Positions 1 through 12,168 of a stretch of DNA of 64,000 nt are shown piece by piece. Positions within the stretch are counted from its first letter, which is position 1, and each line of letters opens with the position of its first letter. The stretch is from NCBI RefSeq assembly GCF_003704095.1, contig NW_020843402.1, forward strand, positions 186,001-250,000, in the 5' to 3' direction. Below the pieces are notes generated by a model. It had not been told where the DNA came from. It saw only the letters and a list, made by a program, of their open reading frames with translations, and made no database searches. The DNA comes from Pocillopora damicornis. Lineage: Eukaryota. Position numbers and translations under genes: made by a program.

Positions 1-1897
1 CTATTACACTGGTGTGATATATGAAGCAATATTAACAGGAAAACAACCAGATTTAGGAAAAGCAGCTAAAGGTAAAACTTAATGTACTGTACAACATAAT
101 CACTAACATTAATAACAAATCAGAGGTTCAAAATTGTAAAAGCAAGAAGATTTACTATGAAAAGATGTTATCAGGGCTGATGTTAGACAAAGATTATTTA
201 TCAGCAGTGAGAGTGCAAAACACTGTTTCATTCATTTTCTTTAGTCCTGAAAGGTCATCTGATGCTGTCCAAGAAACAGTGATCACTGTAATTGTCATAA
301 ATCAGTCTTATTCCATGATTGTGTTTTTTGTTAGGTGAGCCTGTAGGAGTTGGGTCGGTGGCTGGTGGCGGTCGCTATGACAACCTGGTCGGAATGTTTG
401 ATCCCAAAGGGAGGAAGGTGAAACAGTAGCTTATTACACGTGACTGATCCTTAGTGGTTATCACTTGTCAACTACGCTCATTCACACTTAAAGTACTTAG
501 TTTGAAATTAATCATTGAGTTTTTCAACGACTCTGAGGATAGTGACGAATTTTGAGCCTTAACTGAGTGCTCTCTGAAGAAGTGGCGTATGTTAAATGAA
601 GCTCCATAATTTTTGTCCCATCTCACCGCGTACCGCATGTAACTACTCTTGATTTGTTTTTTCAGGTGCCTTGCGTTGGAGTTAGTATAGGAATAGAAAG
701 AATATTTTCCATTCTTGAGGCTAAAGCTAAGGTAAAAATGGTATTTAAATATTAATTAAGGCGCTTCTTAGTTATTTCAAAGCGGACTTGCTCACATCTA
801 AGTTATTTTAAATAGCTGACTCACTGAAGATTTCACAGAAGCTTCTTCTTTTCGTGAAGAATTTATTGAAGACTGAGGAAATTTACTTTTGAGGAGCTCC
901 ATTGACATTAGTTGTGATGTGTTTCAAACTTGTGGTTTGTGTTTCAGGCAGCAGGTAAAGTGCGGGCAACTAAAACACAAGTATTAGTGGCGTCGGGACA
1001 GAAAAATCTCTTACCTGAACGATTAAAACTAGTCAACCAGCTGTGGCAGGCAGGAATTAAGGTAAAGATTTCTCAAGGATAGTAATTATCTTAAAGTAGG
1101 TAGACCTTGTTGAGCTGAGTTTTTGTAATTTGATCGGCATGAACACAAGACTTTTTTATTATTAAACTTTTGTGTTTTGAATTGGTGAAAAGCAAGGATT
1201 TTCAACTGACTACTGCGCGTGCTCTTGCAATCAGTTCAACGACTTAACTTGTTGTGGAAAGGTAGTGAAATGAACGATACTGGTCTACCATCCAGAAAAG
1301 CTGTCAGCTCATTTATACTTCATTTGGTATGGCCTTTTTTCCACATTTTTGAATCCCAACTGATGAGATTCCAAGGGCAGGCAAGACTGAAACATATGTC
1401 AAGCTTTGGTTGGAACTCGACTGAATCTTTCATCGCTCGCTTTGTTCTTGACCCCCTTGTGAACGTTAGTGGTTTTTTTCCCCGTATTTCAAGTAGCTTG
1501 CTTGAGAACTCTCATTCATAGCTAACCATATTGTCTTTTTATCTTGTTTCTTCATTTTTCGTAGGCTGAATTACTCTACAAGAAGAATCCCAAACTGCTG
1601 AATCAGTTTCAGTTCTGTGAAGAAAATGGAGTCCCGTTTTGTGTGGTGATTGGTGAAAGCGAGCTCCTGCAAGGAGTTGTAACTCTTAGAGACATGGCTT
1701 CCAGAGAAGAGGTCAGAAAATGTTCTTACGAAAATATCTTTCGTGCTTTTTGCTTTATACTTTGCTTCTTAACACTTTTCTAGATGCCTCACTGAAACGT
1801 TGATTATATTTACCATTTTCAGGCTCTAATAAAACGGGAAGAATTGTGTGATGTGATCAAAAGACGGTGCTCAGTAATTGAAGCAGAATCAGAATAA
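1..1897 (+). CDS. HARS1: Histidyl-tRNA synthetase, 3' part (5' end outside window); exons <1-71, 335-417, 666-731, 948-1061, 1565-1711, 1823-1897
   Basis: Spliced GT-AG exons give [86 protein letters not shown]. This is class II motif 3 plus the anticodon-binding domain of HisRS. Stop TAA at 1895-1897. Confidence 0.97.
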
Positions 1898-3356
1898 AAA
1901 GTTAACAAGTTTGAAAAGACATTGAATTCCAAACAACTGCTTCCTCAAAGACGAAAACTTAGCACAATAGCAAATAAATTTAAGAGTTTAACCAGAAATA
2001 AATCGCACCTTGCTGCTCCCTTGTTTTCAGGGTTGAATTAACGCAAATACAATGTACACCTGAAGAAAGAAAAGACAATAAATAGGTTCTTCTAACTACT
2101 TGCCTGTTAATTTTATGCATACGTGGAAATAAATATTACCTCGTCTTGTGTGAGACAGCTCTCAGCAGCTTAAGCTTCAGTCTCGTAGTAAAGTGTATTG
2201 TTATAGACCCGTCCGGCCCCGCCCACTGATCCCTCTAGAAAACCGTAATGGAAGCTGACGTTTGTAGGGCCAGACTCATTATCGTGAGCACGCGCAAACA
2301 TAAAGGTTTCCAGGACTCCTGCTGCATATTCCCCATTGTTGCAGTCCTTCCCTGAAACGCAAATTAGGATAAAAAGAGCACAAGGTCAGAAAATAACTTT
2401 CTCAATTAGTGCGAAGGAGCCGGTTCTATCGTGGTCAGTAAGAGCAATTACTCACAAAACACACCACATCTTTCGGTAGGTTGTATTTGGTTGTATTACG
2501 AGTTTGAAGAATGTTGTAAACTATTTCAGAGAGGGTTCCGTTTAGTGCGAAACGGGAACTTCTTTCCTCTATCATGTTAGGGCGAGAACGAGATGTTAGA
2601 GAGGTAAATCCTTGTTACACGCCACAAGCACCCAGTTTGTCGTGTTAGAAACGTAATCTAAAGTGCTTCTTTTTTCAGTTTTCTCTTTGTGGTTGTGTTC
2701 TTGTCATGTGAGTCGTATGCCATTGATTAGAATTAATGTGACGTTTTCTTATTAGCACTTACTACACCTGCTGAACTTTGCATGTAAAACTTGTCTAGTT
2801 CATATTTGCATGTTAAGTGTTTATATTAAACCCTTTGATCACTGATTCTGTACTTTAATTTTCATTCAAACTGAATGCGATCCTTCCGGTTTCCGCTGGA
2901 GATAAACACCTCAATAAAATCATATCTCCATTTGAACGTCCTCCGTTTTACTTTTAGGAACCGAAACACCGCCGAAAACTCAGTTTAAAAAAATTAGCTA
3001 GCGTAGCAACGCAGTTTAAAGATGCCATGATGAAAAAAGAAAGTTGGGTCAAACTTGTGGATGGACAATGGGATAAGTGCCCAGGAAATGGAAATTACAG
3101 CCATTAAGTGAAAAACACTCACAAATTTGACAAAAACTTATCCAATGAGATATTCTCATCAATGCAAATATTGCCATCGTCAATATCTCCCGTCCATTAT
3201 CAGGGATGAATAATTTCTTTCTGCAGAATTATTCTGAAGGAAATCAACATGTGCGTGCTAACATCTGTTTCCCGACTGACAAGCGTCGCTTTGTTTTGAA
3301 CACTGAGTTGATTTTGTGAACTGAAAGTTGAATACCGTGTTGTGAATGAGACTGAA

Positions 3357-4302
3357 ATGGGAACTGGAGGAAAAGACAAAGATGGAGAATCAGCACAACT
3401 TGTGGGAGGATCTAAAGACTTAGAATCGGGTGAAGAAGATGATTCCATTGACAAGTGTAAACCTGAGAAAAAAGGCTTCGGTGCTAAGTGTCTGACTTGT
3501 TTTCGCGGTTGCTTTGGATTCATCTTGTTCCCGTTCGTGTTTATTATCACGTTCATAGCTTGTCTTGTCTGGATTATTCTGTTACCAGGTTTGTTGACAA
3601 TTTGAACTGATATTTTCGGTGCTTTTAAGCCGTATTACTAATTCTAAATGCCGACCATAATAAAAGCAAACGACACCGCCTGTTTTTTTTTTTGTCTCGT
3701 TTATTAAAGGTTCAAAGGACGGATGATGAAATTGTGTTTTATCAAAAATGTAAACTTTTAACAGCCATCTTTTAGTAATTTATTGAAATGAATTTTTGGA
3801 CGGCCAGAAGATCTTAAGTGTACGTTCTCCGCTAATACGTAACCGATCATATTTTAAAACAATAGACTCGTCTTGAAAGAGGCTTCATTGTTTGACGAAA
3901 AATACACCGCTGGGTTTTCGCTGCGAACGTTAACGTCAATGCTGATTACGACAATAACAAAAAATAACAAGAGCTATTTCAAAATGGTAGAAAAAGGCCT
4001 TTTTCACCAATATTCCAAGAACACTTTTCCAATCCAAACTTACGCGATTGGCGTGTTTTTCCATTTGAATAGTATCAGCTGCCAGCTCCTAGAATTGAAA
4101 TAACCTAACAAATAATATTCGAAAATGCTTTAAGTGATTCAGTTTATTTCTCATTGAAATAAATATCTCTTTTCGTTTTTCAGCTAAATGTTGTTCTCCC
4201 TGCTGCGCTCCACTATTTGACTGGCTCGTTCAACTTCTGATGCTGCCCGTTCGGTTTTATCGTTGGGTACTTGGAAAAGATCGAGACGAAACTAAACAAT
4301 AA
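3357..4302 (+). CDS. Small (~116 aa) Cys-rich membrane protein of unknown function; exons 3357-3588, 4184-4302
   Basis: ATG at 3357, phase-1 GT-AG intron 3589-4183, frame preserved. Product: charged N-terminus, hydrophobic segment GFILFPFVFIITFIACLVWIILLP, then AKCCSPCCAPLFDWLVQLLMLPVRFYRWVLGKDRDETKQ*. Confidence 0.8.
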
Positions 4303-5532
4303 AAGAATATATCAAAGATCGTGTTCCATTCAATTTAACACTTAATGTTTACAATGCCTCGTGCAGCATTCAAGTGTAAAAGTACAAGAGGTGTTTCCTC
4401 CCAAAAAGATGTATTTTGAAATTGGTTCCAACATCCTTCCGGATGATATTTCAGTTACAGAGGGTCAAAGGAGCTTTCTATTCCTTACACTTTTATGCCA
4501 TTTTTTAAACCCTTCTTCAGGCAGTTGAACCTCCGATTTAATTTCAGTCTTCTCTGTACAATGCTCTGGGAGTATATTTACTTAATTCCGTATAGAAAAC
4601 GTATATGATGAAATTTGACTTTTGAAAGCAAAACCTTTACCTGAGATATGCTGAAAGACGTTTGCCTTCCTTAGTCCATAAAGCTACGCTACGGCCGGTC
4701 AACGTACACGAAAATAAGAATTATATGTCATAGGCCTAAACCAGCAAATCCACGACAATCCCCTCCTCCTATCAGCCTATCATTTTGTCATGAGTTTTGT
4801 CCATCCTATCTGTGTTTCAAGTTGTGTCTGAGAGCGAATACCCTGGGAACAAGTTCTCCAGAATAAGCCTCCTCGCGTAGTACCATATTACCCCTATAGA
4901 CTCGAGGATATTCGTCAAACTGAATTCAGATGAATTTTTTCCTCCATTTCTCAGATCTGATTTCTTTCAGTCTGTACAATCCTTTAAATTTATTTTTCTC
5001 AGTCTGAGATCAAGACCGGTTCCAAAATTATTTGCTGGTTCCAGGATCCGCTCTTTATGCCCTTGCGTTAAGATTCACTATACGAAGCTAAAAGGGCTGA
5101 CCGGTAGAACTTTTTCCCAAGGTCCCTTTTATCCGACACAAATTGAATCGGAAATTAAACGGAAAAGATTCGCGACAGAGCGGATCCGACCAAGAACGAG
5201 GAAGGTCACATGGATTTGATTAAAACTAATGAAGCAGTATGCTTAAAATGCTTAATGTGATGAACATTGAACTGTAGGCAGCGTATAAGGCCGTGACGAA
5301 CGTAAAATTATGAAATTACGATGAAACAACTGAGCAAACAATTCACAGTTCTCACCGATCAAAGAACAACAAGTCAAACAGTTTCTTCATTCATTTAATA
5401 CCTTTTACAGTGCTACGCACAATCACAGGGTATGTCGTGTCTGGGGCTACCTGTTAAATCTTTTAACGAAAATATTTCGCATGATTAAATACGTATCATG
5501 TTGAAGGTAAAAAGAAAGGAATTCCCACCAAT

Positions 5533-5964
5533 CTATTCATCTGAGAGTTCATCTCGAGAAGAATCGTCGTCGTCCATTAAATCGTTTTCGTCATCATCAT
5601 TTTCGTTCTCGTCAGCATCGTATTCTTCTTCTTCTCCTTCGTCTTCTTCTCCTTCGTCTTCTTCTTCTTCTTCTTCTGTTTCTTCTCCTTCGTCTTCTTC
5701 TTCGTCTTCTTCTTCGTCTTCTTTTTCTCCTTCTTCCTCGTCTTCTTCTTCTTTTTCTTCTTCCTCTTCCTTCTCTCCTTCCATCTCTTCTTTGTCTTCT
5801 TGTTCGTCATTCTCATCACCTTCATTGTCCTTAAGGATGTCATTGAGTTCTTTATTTTTCTCCTCCTTGACCATCGTAGCGGGGCTGTCGGAATCTTCAC
5901 CAACCGATTTAGCATAGGCCAATGTTGCCAGCAACGAAACGAATAACGCGAATAGCAACCTCAT
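5533..5964 (-). CDS. Secreted Glu/Asp-rich acidic protein (candidate skeletal organic matrix / CARP-like protein)
   Basis: Single-exon 143 aa ORF with signal peptide MRLLFALFVSLLATLAYA. About 78 of ~125 mature residues are E or D (hand count). TATA-like CATAAAA on the minus strand near 6080. Confidence 0.85.
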   Translation of the reverse strand: MRLLFALFVSLLATLAYAKSVGEDSDSPATMVKEEKNKELNDILKDNEGDENDEQEDKEEMEGEKEEEEEKEEEDEEEGEKEDEEEDEEEDEGEETEEEEEEDEGEEDEGEEEEYDADENENDDDENDLMDDDDSSRDELSDE

Positions 5965-8900
5965 GACTCCGAATGTTGATTATTTCTTTTTCCAAAAAAG
6001 ATGTACCTTTGACTTCCCTTTTGAGTAGTTAGGACGCAACTGGTGTATGATGTAAGAGCAAAGATTTCAGCCCATTTTATGTGAGCGCTTATTGATTTTT
6101 CTAAGAAAAACGTACCAAAAAACAAATAAGAAAAGCAAATACTATAAAAATAGGATTAGTAAGTGCGAAAGGTTACTTTTTCAGCTTGTTGTATAAGTTT
6201 GTACACCTTATCCCGCTCATCTTGAACTCAAGTTTTGCGTGGAAAACGGGTCCTGCAACGTCATGAGGTACTTGAAAACTTTCTTGAAAATCAAAAATCA
6301 TTACCTGTAAGCCTGAAAAAGCAATTGGAGTTATTTTGATAAGAACCAGATTTCATCCGATTGATAGACCTAATCATGGTATAAGCTAAGATTCTTTTTT
6401 GTATAGATACGTTAGAAATTTAGAGGAAAACTCACCTTGGACTGAAACTTGGAAGGGAAGCGTGGGTTCACTTGAAGCGTTGATTAATGTCGTCTATTCT
6501 GAGATTTGTGTGGGTGTGTGGGAGGTGTGAGATGAAACATATACGATTTCGCAGAGCACTCATAAATAAATTAAGTAAGATAACTTTAAACGCTTGCAGG
6601 TCACAACTAAAAATCAGCTGAGCTGACTTTAAAATTGAAACTTCACTAGCATATAGCAAACGACAAAAAGTAGTTCAGACTTTAAATCTGTAACAAGAGC
6701 AACAGCACATCAAACTAAACAGCGGACTTTAAATGAATTTTGCTCCGAAGACTGTTTATCTACCTCATTTAAACAGATGCTTGGTCTTGAAACTAAATCT
6801 TGACACTTGAATTATTTCGCTTTATTTCTGAACACGAACGTGATGAGAAATCTTTGAACAGTTTAAGGTAATCAAGCGAGGTTATTCAGTTGATATACAC
6901 CGTGGTATAAAACTTATCAGTTTAGAAGGGAAGGTACTAATAGCCGAGGTGCGAGAGATTAACAGAGGGTGTTGATTTCCCAGCCATGTCACCTATCTCT
7001 GAGAACCAAACAGGTGTTTGACAAACTTGTCAATCTTAAGCACATAATGTTTTCCTATACTGGGTTAACTTTGATCAAGTCTTGACCAGTAGGGAAAGTG
7101 CGACCAGGCAACGAATTTCGTTTGGCTCAAAAAGCTTCATCGCCATCCACAAATGCTGGAAAAGCACTGAGTTACATCATCTCTATCTTGCCGTAAAATG
7201 GTTTTAAAATTGCTATGTAATACCAAAGGTTGCCGAAAAATTTATTCAGCGATTCTTTCATGTCCTGTAAAGTATATGAAACTCTATAATTAAGGATTAA
7301 GAAGCAGTAATTGTCCCGTACCTACACTGTACGGGAATCTAACTCGTGATTCCATTAACTCGCCTCTTCGTTGATTGCCTAGATCGCATGTTTTTCACGC
7401 ATTAATAGGGTTTTTTTTCCTTTTCTAAAATTTTATGAAGTCTTATCGATATTTGTAGGGCCAACATCAGTTCATGTTTCATTAACTTTCCTTAACTTTC
7501 TGATTTTGGATTTATCTCAATACATGGCCATTACTGGATAATGAATATGAAATCAATTTTCCATTGCTGTTCTTGTTGTTCTGTCTAAAACTGTCCTTCA
7601 GTCATGCAGATCAGTTCCAGCATTAAAGAGGCAGGCCTGCAGTTCGTGACCCACAGTTAATTATACTTCTAGAATTATTCATACGTCACTCTGCTATGTG
7701 TGATACATGAGATCCGTTTTCGAAAATCTCGTTGCTAACCGTTACTGAAAAGCTGAGTTTTGTTTGCCGTGTTCAAAGTCAAAGTCGACTTGTTAAGTAA
7801 GACGAAAAATATGGACCGATTTTGAGGTAAGATTCACTTCCTTATTCCTTGAATTAAGATTTTTGAAGATTTTTCCAGGTCTGTAAAGTTCCCACGACTT
7901 TTCAAGAAACAAGCCCCATCTGCACATCCTCTCTGATAGGCAGTGCCTTGTACTCTTTACCGACGTCACGGTTTCTTACGAAGTACGGCGATGTAAATAT
8001 ATTGAAATACGATTTTAGAAGAAGTTGATGCACACATAAGTCAAAGTTGAGCTAAATTACTTACCATTTCAAACTTCACAAAGAGCACGATTCGTGCGCT
8101 GTAAATAATTCATGCGGTTGCTTCAGCCAGTAAGATTCTAGAACATCGTGCTGCGTTCGAGACTTGAACATTAAAAGAAATTATAACTCTTTTCTGTTGA
8201 TTCTTGTCTGTTTATTCCAACTCTGAATATTATATGTCCTTTATAAAGCTTGAGAGGAGTCGCTAAGTAAACTTCGCTTCTTTTTGCTCATGTGCAAATG
8301 TCCGACACATACATTATGATTACAGAACCCCATAATAAATAAAATTACTTGAACCGACACCAAGATGCTGCGGTTCAAAAGACTCTCCTTTGTACGGGCT
8401 AAATAAGCGTGCGTGAGCCGAAAGATTATGGTCCGAAATCAAAGGGCTTAAATGTATCCATTTGTGTTCAAAGTAGGGAGAGGTTTTGCCCATTCTACAA
8501 CTTAAAGTCGGTGTAGAGAGTGACTTGTGTTGGAGTTTGGTCAAACCAGCAAGATATATCATCTTTCAGCAGGAGACGGTGATTGTGAAGTAGTTCTATC
8601 ACTCCAACTGAGCTTGGGGAAATATTTGCAGGGATGGAGACAGTGTTACCTTTAGAGACCACCTTGTTTTTATGTGTCTTTTACCTTATTGTTTAGACGG
8701 AATGTGCATGAATGTGTGACAGAGACATGAGGGGAAGAAGAGCAAATCAAAGGAAAAGGAAGAAAGAGACCCTGGAGATGTTTAACATATTTCAAGAAGC
8801 ACCTTAAAGGAGAGGGGTCTGGTATGTAGATGTTATATTGTTGATGGTCAAACAGAAAGGACTTGTCAGGAATCTTTGTTATTTAAAAGCTTAGACTGAG

Positions 8901-10084
8901 TAGAATGATAAAAACTTGAAGTTGAGACATGCTCTCAGTTATTGATTTAATTCGGATCGCAAATAACAACTACATATATATTGATGAAAGTACGGAAGCT
9001 TTTTACGATGAAAAAGAGTTGCACTGTAACTTAGGAATGAAACTGTCGGTTCAAGTTGCCTCCCCGCACAAGAAGGAATCAAAATCATCACAGGAATCAC
9101 AGTTTTCCTTATGCAGTGACAGAGTTCATCATTTAATATCTTTGTTGGTATACATCTAGTTTCGTTCTCCAAATTATTTATACTTGCAATTCAAATTCGG
9201 CTTCCACCCCTTATGAATGTAACTTCCATAGGGAACGGGGCGCATCATCCTTTTACTCTGAAGATCAAAAAGCTAACTTTCCCTACTGAAGGCTATACAT
9301 TGTTATATTATCAAGTCTTGGGAGATTAATGGTTTATTTTGACATATTTCCCTGATAAAAACTTTCTAACCTCTCGCTCCCCTTCCAATTTTATTGTGTG
9401 CAAATATCTAACCCAGCAACATGAAGGTAGATACTGATTTTTGAGTCTCCACATGGAATAATCGCAACTTATTTACTGCCAAGCTAATGGCCTGTACTAC
9501 TTAGGGACTAAGTCACCCATCACCTTTAAAACAATTTTCAATTACAAATGGGGAGTTAACTTTTGACACGATCTTCTAACATCTTTAGCCTCTTGTTCGG
9601 ACAGGCCCCATGCAATTTTTTTGGCTTACAAATGTACCTTTCTTATACCGGTACAAGAAGTATTTGATAGAGCAAATTGATCATAGTTTGTCCATTAGAA
9701 CCTATCGCAAAGGATTTCGTTTTCAAGTTTCTAATTCAATTATTATTGACAATTGCTCTCGAACTCTGAGCATGCGATAATTTCCGCACTAACTGCATGA
9801 TCAGAACTGTTTTTTATTCAAAACGTATCTGACTATCTAAGCTAACCTCTTCTCTGGCATGGATTGGTACAGAATACATGACAGGAAAGGTAGGCTAGCC
9901 TTACCTAACACTGGTGTACAGTGTATTTAGCTTTCTCATTCTCACTGGTGATTCATCATTGTATTATCTTTTATGATATCAAGATATTGTTTTACGAAAG
10001 GTAATATGCTGTGATTAAACAAACTCAACTATCTAAACCAAGCTATGAGAAAGACTGATTACTCCAATCGGGATTTCCAGATGC

Positions 10085-11116
10085 CTAAACCTGACTGTTC
10101 ATCATTATGACCAATTCTGACTTTGCCCGGTTTCTCTCTCGGCTTAACGTGCAAGGCATTTCCCATGCTTTCCGAAAGTCGTGCTTGCCGAAGATGTACA
10201 AACAAGGGTTAAGGATCGAGGACGCGAACCGAAGATATCCGAATAAGTACTGGGTCCACACGGGTAGATAAAAAGAATTAAAAATTTCTTGGAATTTTAT
10301 GAGGAAGAAAGGCAACCAGCATGCAACATGGGTGAAAAACATCACAAGAAAGATAAAAGCGGCTTTGCCATTGCGCTGCCTCCATAGTCGCTGTTCTGAC
10401 TGTATTGAGGCCGCTGCCGCAGGAATGTTTTGATACTCTCGGCGAATTTGTCGACGCACTTCACGCAAAATGATTAAATAGGCGACAGCCATGAAAAGAA
10501 CTGGCATGACGAGATACAACACAACACACGCAGTGAAAAAAGCTTTCTCCTTTTTTTGCTCTTCCGGTTGGTCTTCCCCCTGGGGATCATAACTTTGTGG
10601 CCTGAGCCACCATAACTGCATCAGAGAGACGAACAGTGAACTGAGCCAGATGAAGGCCAAGGCGATGTAGCTTCGTCGCTTGGTCATGATCAGCGGATAG
10701 CGCAAAGAACACATGATCGCTATAAAGCGATCGGCAGTCACCGCTAAAATGTGCGAGAGGGTCAGAAATGACGTGAACATCCAGATGTAAACTGAAGCAA
10801 AACACGGGCCATGCTCTTGAAAAATGTTGCACGTAATGCTCAATGGCAAAGTGATGAACCCGTTGAGAAGATCACTGGCTGCTAATCCGATGAGGAAAAA
10901 GTTCGTTGGGGTTCTGAGAGAGCGCCTCTTGGTTACAAGGATGAACACAAGTGAATTTATAAGGACAATGACGAAGGCCATGAACATACCAGGGAGGTCG
11001 TATTTCGCGACGAAACGAGGTGACCAGTCATCTTCATAGTCTTCGTGTCTTGGGGAATAGTTTTGACTTTGTCTCGACTCATTATGAGGAAGATTAGTTA
11101 TGTTTTCCTCACGCAT
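10085..11116 (-). CDS. Rhodopsin-family (class A) GPCR, orphan, intronless CDS
   Basis: Seven hydrophobic segments with TM1 N (INSLV), TM2 LAASD, ADRF, TM4 W, CWLPFF and NPCLY; N-terminal NIT/NES/NYS sequons. ATG at 11116 lies just after a possible CAG acceptor. Confidence 0.95.
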   Translation of the reverse strand: MREENITNLPHNESRQSQNYSPRHEDYEDDWSPRFVAKYDLPGMFMAFVIVLINSLVFILVTKRRSLRTPTNFFLIGLAASDLLNGFITLPLSITCNIFQEHGPCFASVYIWMFTSFLTLSHILAVTADRFIAIMCSLRYPLIMTKRRSYIALAFIWLSSLFVSLMQLWWLRPQSYDPQGEDQPEEQKKEKAFFTACVVLYLVMPVLFMAVAYLIILREVRRQIRREYQNIPAAAASIQSEQRLWRQRNGKAAFIFLVMFFTHVACWLPFFLIKFQEIFNSFYLPVWTQYLFGYLRFASSILNPCLYIFGKHDFRKAWEMPCTLSRERNRAKSELVIMMNSQV

Positions 11117-11460
11117 TATCCTGTGCAACACGAAGTCCTGCTTTTACTTCTGTAACTTAGAGTGAAAATGGAGGGCCAACAGCACGATGAAAAAGCTAAA
11201 AGGAAACAACCGGAACGTATTTGCATTAATTTACGAGATTAACATTCAACTATCTCCCAAGAGAGACATTATTGTGATTCAATGAGCTGCAAAGCGCTCG
11301 TAAAAGAGTTTTAATTAAATCAGCACTACCACAATGTTTTTTATTAAGCTTAAGTGGACTAAATAAACTTGGGATGGATTTTTAGTTGTTTCACAGTCAG
11401 GACATTTTTACAATTTGATGAATTCGAGTGATCCGTTTTACTAAAAAATTAAGTCGAATC

Positions 11461-12168
11461 AACAGGGTAATTAAGTGTTATCAACCGAGTTGATAACGTA
11501 AATTGGCCACCGTGAAGAATTTAAAAGCTGACGTTTTGAGCATGAGTTATTCATCAAAGTGATTGGAGGAATTGTGGGTTGTGTGTGTGTTTATATGCAG
11601 AAAATGGAGCCACGCTATTGGTGGGAATATGGTGACGACAGAACAAGAATAAATTAGTTGAATGAAAAGCCATACCATGGGGATTAAAATTGCCGATTTG
11701 AAAGAAATATTTGTTCTAGATTTTTGCAGCTATCGGTACTGCCTATAGGTATAGAGAAAAGCCGCAAACTGCCATATGCCGCTTAGAATGATTGGGGAGA
11801 TTAAAGTGTCAAGCGACTGGTTTGGATGCGACTTCATCATTTCTTTTTGTCATTTCTTTCTTGTCAGTTCTTTCCTTCTACGTCTCTCGAAGGGCAAACG
11901 CTCGAAACGTCAGATTTTAAATTCTTTACGGAGGCCAATTTCCGTTATCAAGTCAGTTTATAATACCTAATTATCCTGTTATACTCTCCCACCGACGCAG
12001 CACCAAATATTCCTTAGGACCTCACCCCTCTATTCAGAAGAATCGAGTTAAATCTGGGTAATTTAGTACTATCAACTGAGTTGATAATTATCCCTTCGTC
12101 ATTCGCCCTGATGATGATTTTAACGCAGCACCACATGCAGTTCCTTTAGAAACTCACCGCCTTTATTC
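11461..12168 (-). mobile_element. 5'-truncated, decayed Penelope-like retroelement: GIY-YIG C-terminus, 3' UTR and inverted terminal segment, plus an adjacent short copy
   Basis: Minus strand ~11830-11655 reads ASKPVA*HFNLPNHSKRHMAVCG..KNLEQ..QIGNFNPHG..FSFN* with stops and frameshifts. Segments 11461-11560 and 11886-11980 are inverted copies carrying the hammerhead-like motif (c)gaagggcaaacgctcgaaacgtcag. Confidence 0.8.

Noticed and set aside
1219-1521. 100-aa ORF
   Set aside because: Lies inside a HARS intron, has a non-ATG start and no recognisable motif.
3200-3556. 118-aa minus-strand ORF
   Set aside because: Antisense shadow of the small membrane protein exon, with no motif.
5498-5917. 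Ser-rich (+) and Lys-rich (-, 5577-5915) ORFs
   Set aside because: These are shadow frames of the gaa/gac repeats of the acidic protein; only the acidic frame has a signal peptide.
7780-9160. Exon-like plus-strand fragments (KYGPIL|gtaag; 8697-8821; ORF 8929-9159)
   Set aside because: They contain in-frame stops and give no consistent gene model.
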